NCBI GenBank assembly: GCA_964484335.1
Contig: CAZAGA010000001.1
Span: 4,640 to 40,553, forward strand
DNA: 35,914 nucleotides
Reading direction: 5' to 3'
Source of the DNA: an uncultured Anaerolineaceae bacterium
Lineage (GTDB): Bacteria > Chloroflexota > Anaerolineae > Anaerolineales > UBA4823
Below, piece by piece: positions 1-7,820 of this stretch. Below the pieces are notes generated by a model, which worked only from the letters and a program-made list of their open reading frames with translations, ran no database searches and was not told the DNA's origin. Position numbers and translations under genes: made by a program. Every line of letters begins with the position of its first letter. Position 1 is the first letter of the stretch.

Positions 1-460
1 CGCGCACATCCACCCAGGCCATCTTCTTGCTGCGATCGTCACCCGGCTCCATATACCTGGCCGATACCCTGGCCCGGACTTTCATCCTGGCCAGTAATTC
101 CTCGACCACAACTTTGCATATTTGTAGAACGTCATCTTGCAGATCTTCAGCGGTCGCTTCGACGCGAGCTTGCTCCTCGTATTCTTCGAGAAGCTCTTCT
201 TCTTCCCCCGTCGGTTCCAGATCAAATGTTTCTTCAATCCTGTCCGATTGGCCAGGTTTGGCTTGATCGTTCGCTTCTGAAAGAACTATCAGCCGGACAC
301 GCGCCTGGCGTGAGCCCAAGCCAAACAAACCACGGCTGCCTTGGTCCAATACTTCAATCTCAACCTGGTCTTCTGTCAGACCAAGCTCGGCCAGGCCATT
401 TTCAATCGCTTCCTCGATACTTGTCGCAATAACCTCTAAGTGAGTGCGTTTTTCATTCAT
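1..460 (-). CDS. khpB: Jag/KhpB-type RNA-binding protein, N-terminal part only (C-terminus lies beyond the left window edge)
   Basis: Absent from the ORF track because there is no stop inside the window. Reverse-complement reading from the ATG (cat at 458-460) gives MNEKRTHLEVIATSIEEAIENGLAELGLTEDQVEIEVLDQGSRGLFGLGSRQARVRLIV..., a typical Jag N-terminal domain. It starts 20 nt downstream of yidC, the conserved yidC-jag arrangement. Confidence 0.75.
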   Translation of the reverse strand, partial: MNEKRTHLEVIATSIEEAIENGLAELGLTEDQVEIEVLDQGSRGLFGLGSRQARVRLIVLSEANDQAKPGQSDRIEETFDLEPTGEEEELLEEYEEQARVEATAEDLQDDVLQICKVVVEELLARMKVRARVSARYMEPGDDRSKKMAWVDVR

Positions 461-480
461 ACCCGCCTCGTTCCCTTACC

Positions 481-1380
481 TTACTTAGCCGTCTTACCTT
501 TCGATGGCTTGGGCTTGCTAGATTTTCCAACCGGGGCCGTCTTCGGAGGCGCTTTCAAAGCTTTCTCCCCCGACAAGCTTGGGGTGGACGCCTTACTTTC
601 TACCGCTGGCGCTGACTTTTTACCCGGCAGAATATTGCTCCAATCAACCTTTCCCATCGCAGCGTACTGAACAATCGTCACGATGTTGCTGGTCACAAAA
701 TAGAGTGAGAGGCCAGCAGCAAAAGTCCAAGCCAGATAACCCATAAAGATCGGCATGTACAGGTTCATCATCTGGGTCATTTGGGCGCCTTGATCGCCTG
801 GCTGCGAGGGCGGCGTCATCAGCTTGGATTGCAGCCAGGTAGTTGCTACCACCACAATTGCCAGCAAAGGAATCCCATAACCAAGCACGTAGATCCGTTC
901 TGGCTGGCTGAGATCCATCCATAAGAACTGGTTGTCAATCGGAATGAGTTTCGAGATAGGGATGAGCTTGTCGAAGGGCGAGAACTGGTAAACGTGCTTG
1001 TACAGGTCCACCATCTGCATCGGCGCTCCGCCCAAGACGCGAATAACCGCCTGGTAGAGACCAATGATGATCGGGAACTGAACAAGGGTCGGCAGGCAGG
1101 AGCCCAATGGGTTGATCCCCATCTCCTGGTACATGCGCATCTGTTCCTGCTGCAGTTTTGCTTTGTCATCCTTGTATTTTTTCTGCAGCTCCTGGTAAGC
1201 CTTGCTGCGCTGCATTTCCTGCATCTTTTGGCCACTGCGAATCTGCTGGACAGATAGCGGGTGGGTGATCAAGCGAATCAGGATCGTAAATAAGATGATC
1301 GCCAGACCAAAGTTACCGACCACCCCATAGATCAGCAGCAGGATGTTAACCATCGGGTTAATAATCAGGGTATCCCACAT
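481..1380 (-). CDS. yidC: YidC/Oxa1-family membrane protein insertase, short form with Lys-rich C-terminal tail
   Basis: 299-aa ORF with multiple TM segments. Typical YidC core (ILFTILIRLITHPL, MQEMQ...MRMYQEMGINPLGSCLPTLVQFPIIIGLY) and a basic tail (KSSKPKPSKGKTAK). Synteny with rnpA/yidD/jag. Confidence 0.9.
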   Translation of the reverse strand: MWDTLIINPMVNILLLIYGVVGNFGLAIILFTILIRLITHPLSVQQIRSGQKMQEMQRSKAYQELQKKYKDDKAKLQQEQMRMYQEMGINPLGSCLPTLVQFPIIIGLYQAVIRVLGGAPMQMVDLYKHVYQFSPFDKLIPISKLIPIDNQFLWMDLSQPERIYVLGYGIPLLAIVVVATTWLQSKLMTPPSQPGDQGAQMTQMMNLYMPIFMGYLAWTFAAGLSLYFVTSNIVTIVQYAAMGKVDWSNILPGKKSAPAVESKASTPSLSGEKALKAPPKTAPVGKSSKPKPSKGKTAK

Positions 1381-1439
1381 GGTGCACTCTTTTTCAGTAC
1401 TGAACCAATATTTCTCGGATTAATCCATCGCGCCGGAGG

Positions 1440-2567
1440 TTATTTCGCCGGAACGAAAGGTTGCCATTTTAGCTCACCATTCGCGTCGATGGCGACCAGC
1501 AAATGCTGAGCCCCCATCAGCGAAAGGTAGATCGTCTCGCCGTCGGTATGGACAGGTGCATACAACTTCCCCAGAGTCGTCTTCCCATTTTCACTACCAA
1601 ACGGTTTCTGCAGGCTATTCCAACGGGTAGCGCCATTCTCAATATCCAGCGCATATAGAACGCCTGCCTTGACACCAAAGAAAACCGTATTACCGACCAC
1701 CGCCGCCTGGCCCGAAATTTCTGGGTCTTTATCGGCATGCGGTTCAGCCTGCCAGATCACACTACCAGAAGCTGCATCGATAGCGTAGAAAACGCCCTTT
1801 AGATTACCAACATACAGCCGGCCCTCGTGCAAGAGCGGCGAGGCATAGACCCAGCCCCAAACCGGGGTGCGCCAGAGGATCTCGCCATTGGTAGCCTTTA
1901 CAGCCAAAAGCTCATCGGCGTAAGTGCCAAAATATAGGACGCCATCCGGACTGAGCACCGGGGTACCTGAGATCGAGCCGCCTAGGTCTTCAGACTGCCA
2001 GACAACAGCGCCAGTTTCCGGGTCGAGGGCATACAGGAAATGATCCATCCCAGCCTGGAAGACCAGTTTGCCATCACTAACCGGGGCGCTCCACAAAGCG
2101 CTACCGGTTTTGAACTTCCAGGCCAGTACGCCTGAGCCGTCCAGCGCATACAGGTTGTGGTCGATGTTTGGCAGCAAGATCTTAGAACCGATGGATAGGC
2201 CAGAAGCATAAAAGTGATTGCCAGCCTGACTGAAAGTCCAATTGAGCTGGCCAGACGCTGCATCCAGGCTGTACACTTTATTATTGGTGCCACCTACAAC
2301 AAGCTGGCTGTCTCCCGTCAGGACTGAAGGAGCAGAAAAGAGCACATTACGCTCAGCCGGGTTGGGATAACGCCATTTTTCAGCACCGGTCTGCAGGTTA
2401 ATGGCATAGACATGGCTGCCGTTTGAAATGTAGCCGACCTGGTTTTCAGCATCAATGGTAAAACCCGGCCAGTTCTGCACCATAGCGCTGCCGCTGGCAC
2501 AGGCAGATAACACAAAAGCCAGGATCGTGAGGGTAAAAAGCAGGAAGAGCTGACGAGATTTATTCAT
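1440..2567 (-). CDS. PQQ-like 8-bladed beta-propeller lipoprotein (BamB-like fold family)
   Basis: Signal peptide plus lipobox (LAFVLSAC). Eight repeats of the pattern hYAhD..tG...W (VYAINLQTGAEKWRY, VYSLDAASGQLNWTF, LYALDGSGVLAWKF, LYALDPETGAVVWQS, LLAVKATNGEILWRT, FYAIDAASGSVIWQA, LYALDIENGATRWNS, LVAIDANGELKWQP). Confidence 0.8.
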   Translation of the reverse strand: MNKSRQLFLLFTLTILAFVLSACASGSAMVQNWPGFTIDAENQVGYISNGSHVYAINLQTGAEKWRYPNPAERNVLFSAPSVLTGDSQLVVGGTNNKVYSLDAASGQLNWTFSQAGNHFYASGLSIGSKILLPNIDHNLYALDGSGVLAWKFKTGSALWSAPVSDGKLVFQAGMDHFLYALDPETGAVVWQSEDLGGSISGTPVLSPDGVLYFGTYADELLAVKATNGEILWRTPVWGWVYASPLLHEGRLYVGNLKGVFYAIDAASGSVIWQAEPHADKDPEISGQAAVVGNTVFFGVKAGVLYALDIENGATRWNSLQKPFGSENGKTTLGKLYAPVHTDGETIYLSLMGAQHLLVAIDANGELKWQPFVPAK

Positions 2568-2582
2568 GGTCGTTTGTTCTGT

Positions 2583-2891
2583 TCATGGTACCGGGTCAAA
2601 ACCACCCGGGTTGAAAGGATTACAGCGCAGCACGCGCCAGACAGCCATCCAGCCGCCCTTTATCGCACCGTGCTTGTAAATCGCCTGGTATCCGTAGTGA
2701 GAGCAGGTCGGGGTATACCGGCAGGTATTGGGAGGCACCGCGCGGGAAAAAGTCGCCTGGTACAGGCGGATGAGTCCCAGTAAAACCCAGCGCGGGATAT
2801 TCCAGATGGTAAAGGGTAAATCGCGCAGTCTCGGCTCTTCGGGCGCATGGTAATCAGGCGGCACCGGTCGAGGGTGGGAATGCGAAGCCAT
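2583..2891 (-). CDS. yidD: Membrane protein insertion efficiency factor YidD
   Basis: [63 protein letters not shown] is the YidD signature. The ORF overlaps the rnpA 3' end by 38 nt. The exact start is uncertain. Confidence 0.85.
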   Translation of the reverse strand: MASHSHPRPVPPDYHAPEEPRLRDLPFTIWNIPRWVLLGLIRLYQATFSRAVPPNTCRYTPTCSHYGYQAIYKHGAIKGGWMAVWRVLRCNPFNPGGFDPVP

Positions 2892-3231
2892 AAGATTTAT
2901 CCAGTAAACCTGCCCGTTTGAGCAAACCGGTCATTGCAGATTGCAACTCGACAAACGGAGCGGCAAGAAGTGGTTCGCGAGCAATCCAAATCAAATCCCA
3001 ACCGGAGGGAAGCTGTGCCAGGTAGAGCTGCTGTGCAGCGCGCAAGCGGCGTTTGGCGTGATTGCGCTGAACCGCGCCGCCCAACGAGCGACCGGCCGTA
3101 ACGCCAAAGCGCGTACAACCCAGCTGGTTGGGATGCACCACCAGCACAACAAGCGGGTGGGCATAAGACTTTCCAAACCGCCGCACCCGCTTGAAATCGA
3201 TAGAACTGGTCAGGCAGAACCTGGATTTCAC
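2854..3231 (-). CDS. rnpA: Ribonuclease P protein component
   Basis: 125-aa basic protein ([20 protein letters not shown]...[22 protein letters not shown]) located immediately downstream of rpmH. Confidence 0.85.
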   Translation of the reverse strand: MKSRFCLTSSIDFKRVRRFGKSYAHPLVVLVVHPNQLGCTRFGVTAGRSLGGAVQRNHAKRRLRAAQQLYLAQLPSGWDLIWIAREPLLAAPFVELQSAMTGLLKRAGLLDKSYGFAFPPSTGAA

Positions 3232-3255
3232 CTACTTGTTTCAACGCAACCTGGC

Positions 3256-3432
3256 TTAAGCGTTCCAGTTTACCTTTTTGACGTGATTGTTCTTGGTCAC
3301 CGTCAATTTGTAACGCCCTTTGGCCCGCCGGCGCTTTAATACCTCACGACCATCTGCAGTGGACATTCGGGAGCGAAAACCGTGGACGCGCACTCGGCGG
3401 CGAATCTTGGGTTGGTATGTACGTTTTGTCAT
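3256..3432 (-). CDS. rpmH: 50S ribosomal protein L34, with a short C-terminal extension
   Basis: Below the ORF-track size cut-off. Reverse complement from ATG (cat 3430-3432) reads [58 protein letters not shown], stop at 3256-3258. A Shine-Dalgarno-like aagga lies just upstream. Confidence 0.85.
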   Translation of the reverse strand: MTKRTYQPKIRRRVRVHGFRSRMSTADGREVLKRRRAKGRYKLTVTKNNHVKKVNWNA

Positions 3433-3477
3433 TCCTTACATCCTATTTTGATAATATCAGGGTACAGACGAAACGTG

Positions 3478-3483
3478 ATTATA
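3478..3483 (-). promoter_or_regulatory. Candidate -10 element (TATAAT on minus strand) for the rpmH operon
   Basis: Minus strand reads ...ttagggTATAATcacg..., about 45 nt upstream of the rpmH ATG. No convincing -35 element. Confidence 0.3.
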
Positions 3484-3490
3484 CCCTAAG

Positions 3491-3541
3491 AAAGAAAAAA
3501 TCGGGGAGGTTTTGACGATCCAGGTCGCCAAAACTTCCCCG
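3491..3541 (-). terminator. Intrinsic terminator downstream of folD
   Basis: The minus-strand RNA would read cggggaagttttg-(14 nt loop)-caaaacctccccg followed by auuuuuucuuu. The stem is 13 bp with one mismatch and starts 19 nt after the folD stop. Confidence 0.6.
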
Positions 3542-3559
3542 AATTGAATGAAAATTTTA

Positions 3560-4459
3560 TTAGAAAATGCTCTCGACCGGCAGTCCCTGCGCCAGCTTAG
3601 CCGCACGGACAGTGTTTTTCATCAGCAGGGCAATGGTCATCGGGCCAACACCGCCCGGCACCGGGGTAATTGCGCTGGCAACTTCCTTGGCCTCGTCAAA
3701 TTTCACATCGCCAACCAGGCGCGAGCCCTTCGGATGTTCCGGATCCTCGATCCGGTTAATCCCCACATCAATGACCACCGCGCCGGGTTTTACCCAATCG
3801 CCGCGCACCATTTCTGCCCGGCCTACTGCTGCGATCAAGACATCGGCGCTTCGCACCACATCTGGTAGGTTTTTGGTGCGCGAGTGACAAATGGTGACGG
3901 TAGCATTCCGACGCACCAAGAGCAGCGCTACCGGCATGCCAACGATGTTCGAGCGGCCCAATACAACCGCGTTAGCGCCATCCAGCTTGACCCCAAATTT
4001 GTCCAGCATCAGGATACAACCAGCCGGCGTACACGGCACAAACAAGGGATCGCGGCCCTTTTGCGCCAACCGGCCAATATTTATCGGGTGAAAACCATCG
4101 ACATCTTTCTCCAGGCTGATCTTTTTTAGCACATCCTCCTCAATCAAACCACCCGGCAAGGGAAGCTGGACCAGGATGCCATTGACGCGCGGGTCAGCGT
4201 TCAACTCGGCCACCAAACCTTCCACCTCTGATTGAGTGGCTGTCTCAGGCAGGTGAAAACCATAAGATTCCATACCCAGCTCAGCGCAAGCCTTTTGCTT
4301 CGAGCCGACGTACGACTTAGAAGCCGGGTTTTCGCCAACCAAAACCGTTGCCAGGCCTGGCCTGGGCATTCCGGCGGCGACCAATTTGGCAACTTCTTCA
4401 GCGGCTTCTTGCCTAACCTGCTGGGAAAGGATCTTTCCATCAATGATTTGTGCGGTCAT
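3560..4459 (-). CDS. folD: Bifunctional 5,10-methylenetetrahydrofolate dehydrogenase / methenyl-THF cyclohydrolase
   Basis: 299 aa. Starts MTAQIIDGKILS..., with SKSYVGSKQKACAELG, VQLPLP, VVLGRSNIVGMPVA and PVPGGVGPMTIA, all characteristic FolD blocks. Confidence 0.92.
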   Translation of the reverse strand: MTAQIIDGKILSQQVRQEAAEEVAKLVAAGMPRPGLATVLVGENPASKSYVGSKQKACAELGMESYGFHLPETATQSEVEGLVAELNADPRVNGILVQLPLPGGLIEEDVLKKISLEKDVDGFHPINIGRLAQKGRDPLFVPCTPAGCILMLDKFGVKLDGANAVVLGRSNIVGMPVALLLVRRNATVTICHSRTKNLPDVVRSADVLIAAVGRAEMVRGDWVKPGAVVIDVGINRIEDPEHPKGSRLVGDVKFDEAKEVASAITPVPGGVGPMTIALLMKNTVRAAKLAQGLPVESIF

Positions 4460-4524
4460 GACTCACTCCTTTTTATGTGAAAATTTGACCATTTTTAATT
4501 CAGGGTAACCGAGCGGTCTTTTCA

Positions 4525-4553
4525 ATTATCTATAATTTTCGATTTCCTGACAA
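4525..4553 (-). promoter_or_regulatory. Candidate sigma-70-type promoter for folD (TTGTCA-17 nt-GATAAT on minus strand)
   Basis: Plus-strand attatc (4525-4530) and tgacaa (4548-4553) give TTGTCA / GATAAT on the minus strand with a 17-nt spacer. An aggag Shine-Dalgarno lies before the folD ATG. Confidence 0.4.
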
Positions 4554-4600
4554 TTGATAAATGTCACCCACAAAGCAATCAACTCTCCTATTTTTCGATT

Positions 4601-4606
4601 TATAAT
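4601..4606 (+). promoter_or_regulatory. Candidate -10 element (TATAAT) for the sugar ABC operon
   Basis: cgatttTATAATtgggc lies 43 nt upstream of the ATG at 4649 and is followed by an aaggaaggg Shine-Dalgarno. The flanking motif ttttcgattt occurs twice (4537-4545 and 4592-4600). Confidence 0.3.
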
Positions 4607-4648
4607 TGGGCACAGGATCGATATTTCAAATTTTCAAGGAAGGGAACT

Positions 4649-5959
4649 ATGAAGAAAATCAATCTCTGGATCAGTTTCATCATGGTAGCCAGTCTGATTC
4701 TTGCGGCCTGCCAAACCAGCACCCCTGCCCCCGCGGCTGAAGAAACTAGCGCCGAATCAGAGGTGATCGTCATTCGGGCTGGCACCGGCGACGGAGGGGA
4801 TGGGCTGACACCACACCAGCAAATCATTCAGAACTTTGAAGATCAAAACCCAAATATCATCGTCCAACTCGAACCCGTCTCGGGGCGCGATTACTACGCC
4901 CGCCTGCTGACCCAATTAGCCGCCAAGGGCGCACCGGACATCATGCAGGTTGGCGACGATGCGGTGCCATCCTTTGTTGAGAAAGGCGCCTTCATCCCCC
5001 TGGATACCTGTATTAAACAAAGCAACCTGGACACGTCAATTTACCTGCCCGGGCTACTCGACCCTGGCAAAGTCAACGGCCAGCAATACCTGCTGCCCAA
5101 GGATTATTCGCCATTGGGGATTTACTATAACAAGAAACTCTTTGACGCAGCTGGCGTAGCCTATCCGAAAGAAGGTTGGACCTGGGATGAACTGCTCTCC
5201 ACCGCCCAGCAACTTACCAAGGATGAAAATGGCGACGGTGTTCCCGAAGTATGGGGCATCCAACTGCCGGCGACCTGGACAACCGGTTTCGAATACTGGG
5301 TGGCGGCTGCCGGCGGTAAACTAATCAACGAAGATGGTAAAAAGTTCGTCGGCTATATGGACTCGCCAGAAGTCATCCGGGCAGTCCAGTTCTATGCTGA
5401 TCTGTACAACAAATACAAAGTCGCACCACCGCCCGCAGATTTGAACCAGTTTGGCGGCGGTAACAGCGAATTCGATAATGGCCAGGCAGCCATGCGTTTG
5501 TTTGGCCGTTGGCCGCAATCGGGGATGAAGAACAACCCTCTGATTGACCTGGGCGTAGCCGCACCGCCACAAGACAGCCAGCGCGCCAATGTTCTCTTCT
5601 GGGGCGGCTTTGGTATTGCCAGCACGTCCAAAAATCCGGACGAAGTATGCAAGTTCCTGACTTTCTATACGGGAGAGCCTGGCGCTCAAGTCTGGAAGGA
5701 TTGGGCCCTCCCGGCAGTGAAATCGGTAGCTGAGGCCTCCGGTCAACTAGCCGATCCGATCGAGGGCGTCTGGTTGGGCGAATTAAACCACCTGGTTCCG
5801 CGCGCCTACACCTTTACCCCTTACTGGAATGAGACTGCCGACCCGGCGTTGCGCGCCGCCCTGGAAACGGTCCTACTTGATCCGACCGCAGATGTTGCAA
5901 CCGTAATGCAAAAAGCAGCCCAAGACGCTCAAAACGCGCTTGATGCTCTCAATAAGTAA
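4649..5959 (+). CDS. ABC transporter extracellular solute-binding lipoprotein (carbohydrate, family 1 type)
   Basis: 436 aa with lipobox LILAAC. The overall pattern is typical of sugar-binding SBPs (DIMQVGDDAVPSFVEKGAF, LPKDYSPLGIYYNKKLFDAAGV, WTWDEL). It is followed by two MalF/MalG-type permeases. Confidence 0.85.
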   Translation: MKKINLWISFIMVASLILAACQTSTPAPAAEETSAESEVIVIRAGTGDGGDGLTPHQQIIQNFEDQNPNIIVQLEPVSGRDYYARLLTQLAAKGAPDIMQVGDDAVPSFVEKGAFIPLDTCIKQSNLDTSIYLPGLLDPGKVNGQQYLLPKDYSPLGIYYNKKLFDAAGVAYPKEGWTWDELLSTAQQLTKDENGDGVPEVWGIQLPATWTTGFEYWVAAAGGKLINEDGKKFVGYMDSPEVIRAVQFYADLYNKYKVAPPPADLNQFGGGNSEFDNGQAAMRLFGRWPQSGMKNNPLIDLGVAAPPQDSQRANVLFWGGFGIASTSKNPDEVCKFLTFYTGEPGAQVWKDWALPAVKSVAEASGQLADPIEGVWLGELNHLVPRAYTFTPYWNETADPALRAALETVLLDPTADVATVMQKAAQDAQNALDALNK

Positions 5960-5987
5960 ACCGGCTCGTTCCGACACAAATTAAGTT

Positions 5988-6028
5988 ATAGGCTTGAAAA
6001 ACGGTTCGATTCCGTTTTTCAAGCCTAT
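5988..6028 (+). terminator. Perfect 17-bp stem-loop between the binding-protein and permease genes (attenuator or mRNA-stabilising hairpin)
   Basis: ataggcttgaaaaacgg - ttcgatt - ccgtttttcaagcctat. There is no clear trailing U-tract, so partial termination or processing protection is more likely than full termination. Confidence 0.5.
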
Positions 6029-6052
6029 CCTGTCGGGGAAAATTTCATCTCC

Positions 6053-6949
6053 ATGCAGCATTCGTACCAGAAACGGCGAGAAAGCCTTGCGTTTTATCTC
6101 AGCATTTCACCCTGGCTGATCGGCTTCTTTTGCCTGACCCTAGGCCCAATGCTGGTCTCGCTATACGCCAGTTTCACCAGTTGGGACCTACTGAGCGACC
6201 CGGTCTGGATCGGCCTGGATAATTACTCCAGGATGCTCAATGATCCACGTTTCTTGCAGGCATTGAAAGTCACCGCCATTTATACTCTAGCTTATGTACC
6301 GTTAGACATGGCCGGTGGGCTGCTGCTGGCGATGCTGGTTCGCGCCCGACTGCCTGGGGTAAAAGTCTTCCGGACCATCTTCTATTTGCCAACAGTTTTC
6401 TCTGGCGTGGCATTCGTCGTGGTTTGGATATGGATGCTCAACCCAAACGGCGGTTTAATTAACCTGGCCTTGTCCCAATTCGGAATCCAGGGACCGCGCT
6501 GGCTGCTTGACCCCAAGCTGGCGCTGTGGTCTTTGGTGATGATGAGTTTTTGGGGCTGGGGAAGATCCATGGTGCTGTTCCTATCCGGTTTGCTGAGTAT
6601 TCCAGGTGAATCATATGAAGCGGCAGCAATTGACGGAGCCAACGCCTGGAGGCAGTTTTGGAAGATTACCTTCCCCCTACTCACCCCGACGATCTTTTTC
6701 AACCTGGTTCTGAGCATCATTATGACCATCCAGACCTTCACCAATGCTTTCGTGGCGACCGATGGTGGCCCACTGGATTCAACCCTGTTTTTTGTACTAT
6801 ACGTCTACCGCCAGGCCTTCCAGTTTTTCAACATGGGTTACGCTTCCGCTCTGGCTTGGGTCTTATTCATTATTATTCTGGTATTTACCCTGCTGATCTT
6901 TCGTAGCCAGCGATTTTGGGTGTTTTACCTGGGAGAACAGCGAGAATGA
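6053..6949 (+). CDS. Carbohydrate ABC transporter permease (MalF/UgpA-like)
   Basis: 298 aa with about 6 TM segments and an EAA-type loop (SYEAAAIDGANAWRQFWKITFPLL). Confidence 0.85.
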   Translation: MQHSYQKRRESLAFYLSISPWLIGFFCLTLGPMLVSLYASFTSWDLLSDPVWIGLDNYSRMLNDPRFLQALKVTAIYTLAYVPLDMAGGLLLAMLVRARLPGVKVFRTIFYLPTVFSGVAFVVVWIWMLNPNGGLINLALSQFGIQGPRWLLDPKLALWSLVMMSFWGWGRSMVLFLSGLLSIPGESYEAAAIDGANAWRQFWKITFPLLTPTIFFNLVLSIIMTIQTFTNAFVATDGGPLDSTLFFVLYVYRQAFQFFNMGYASALAWVLFIIILVFTLLIFRSQRFWVFYLGEQRE

Positions 6950-7806
6950 ACCCATCTGACGAGTACGAACCTGCCATTCTACGGCTTAAAGGATGGAAGA
7001 AAGCGCTGCGATATCTGCTGCTAGGAGCGGTCTCAATTCTCTTTTTAGCCCCGGTATTTTGGATGGTTTCATCGGCGCTCAAACCCGATTACCAGGTTTT
7101 TGCTCTTCCACCCATCTGGTGGCCTGACCCGCCACGTTGGTCGAATTTTCATGATGCACTCACATCGCTCCCCTTCGGTCGTTTTGCTGTAAACACACTG
7201 ATTATCGCCACCGGATCAGTCATCGGTCACCTGCTGTCTTGCTCAATCGTCGCCTATGGATTTGCCCGCCTGGAAGCCCCCGGAAAAGGTTATTGGTTTA
7301 TCATCCTGGTCTCAACCTTGATGCTACCCTACCCTGTGACGATGGTTCCGCTCTACATCCTATTTTCGAGGCTGGGCTGGATTAACAGCTTCTTGCCGCT
7401 GGTGGTTCCAACTTTCTTCGGTAACGCGTTTTATATTTTCTTGTTGCGTCAGTCATTTAAGCAGGTGCCAGCCGAGTTGGAAGACGCTGCCCGTATAGAT
7501 GGGGCCAGCTTTGTCCAAATCCTGCGCTATGTCATCCTGCCAATATCGACCCCCGCCCTGGCAACCGTGGCGATCTTTTCTTTTCAGGCCGCCTGGAACG
7601 ACTTCCTCGCTCCACTGATCTTCTTACACGATCAATCGAAATACACCTTGCAGCTAGGGTTGAGCTTTTTTCGCGGCAGCTACACTGTAAATTGGCCCTA
7701 CCTAATGGCTGCCTCACTGGTAGTCACTATCCCGGTGATCTTGATTTACTTTTTCTTCCAAAGGGCTTTTATCGAAGGAATTGGCTTCACAGGCACGAAG
7801 CTCTAG
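6946..7806 (+). CDS. Carbohydrate ABC transporter permease (MalG/UgpE-like)
   Basis: EAA loop ELEDAARIDGASFVQILRYVILPIS. The ATG at 6946 overlaps the upstream stop (ATGA), and I prefer it to the TTG at 6916 used in the ORF track. Confidence 0.85.
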   Translation: MNPSDEYEPAILRLKGWKKALRYLLLGAVSILFLAPVFWMVSSALKPDYQVFALPPIWWPDPPRWSNFHDALTSLPFGRFAVNTLIIATGSVIGHLLSCSIVAYGFARLEAPGKGYWFIILVSTLMLPYPVTMVPLYILFSRLGWINSFLPLVVPTFFGNAFYIFLLRQSFKQVPAELEDAARIDGASFVQILRYVILPISTPALATVAIFSFQAAWNDFLAPLIFLHDQSKYTLQLGLSFFRGSYTVNWPYLMAASLVVTIPVILIYFFFQRAFIEGIGFTGTKL

Positions 7807-7820
7807 CCTATCCACACATT

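Noticed and set aside
27-670. Three plus-strand ORFs of 68-79 aa at the left edge
   Set aside because: They are Ser/Pro/Leu-rich shadows opposite the jag and yidC coding sequences.
7809-7816. TATCCACA, an 8/9 match to the DnaA box consensus, just after the permease gene
   Set aside because: It is a single isolated occurrence between two convergent gene ends, with no accompanying boxes or AT-rich unwinding element.
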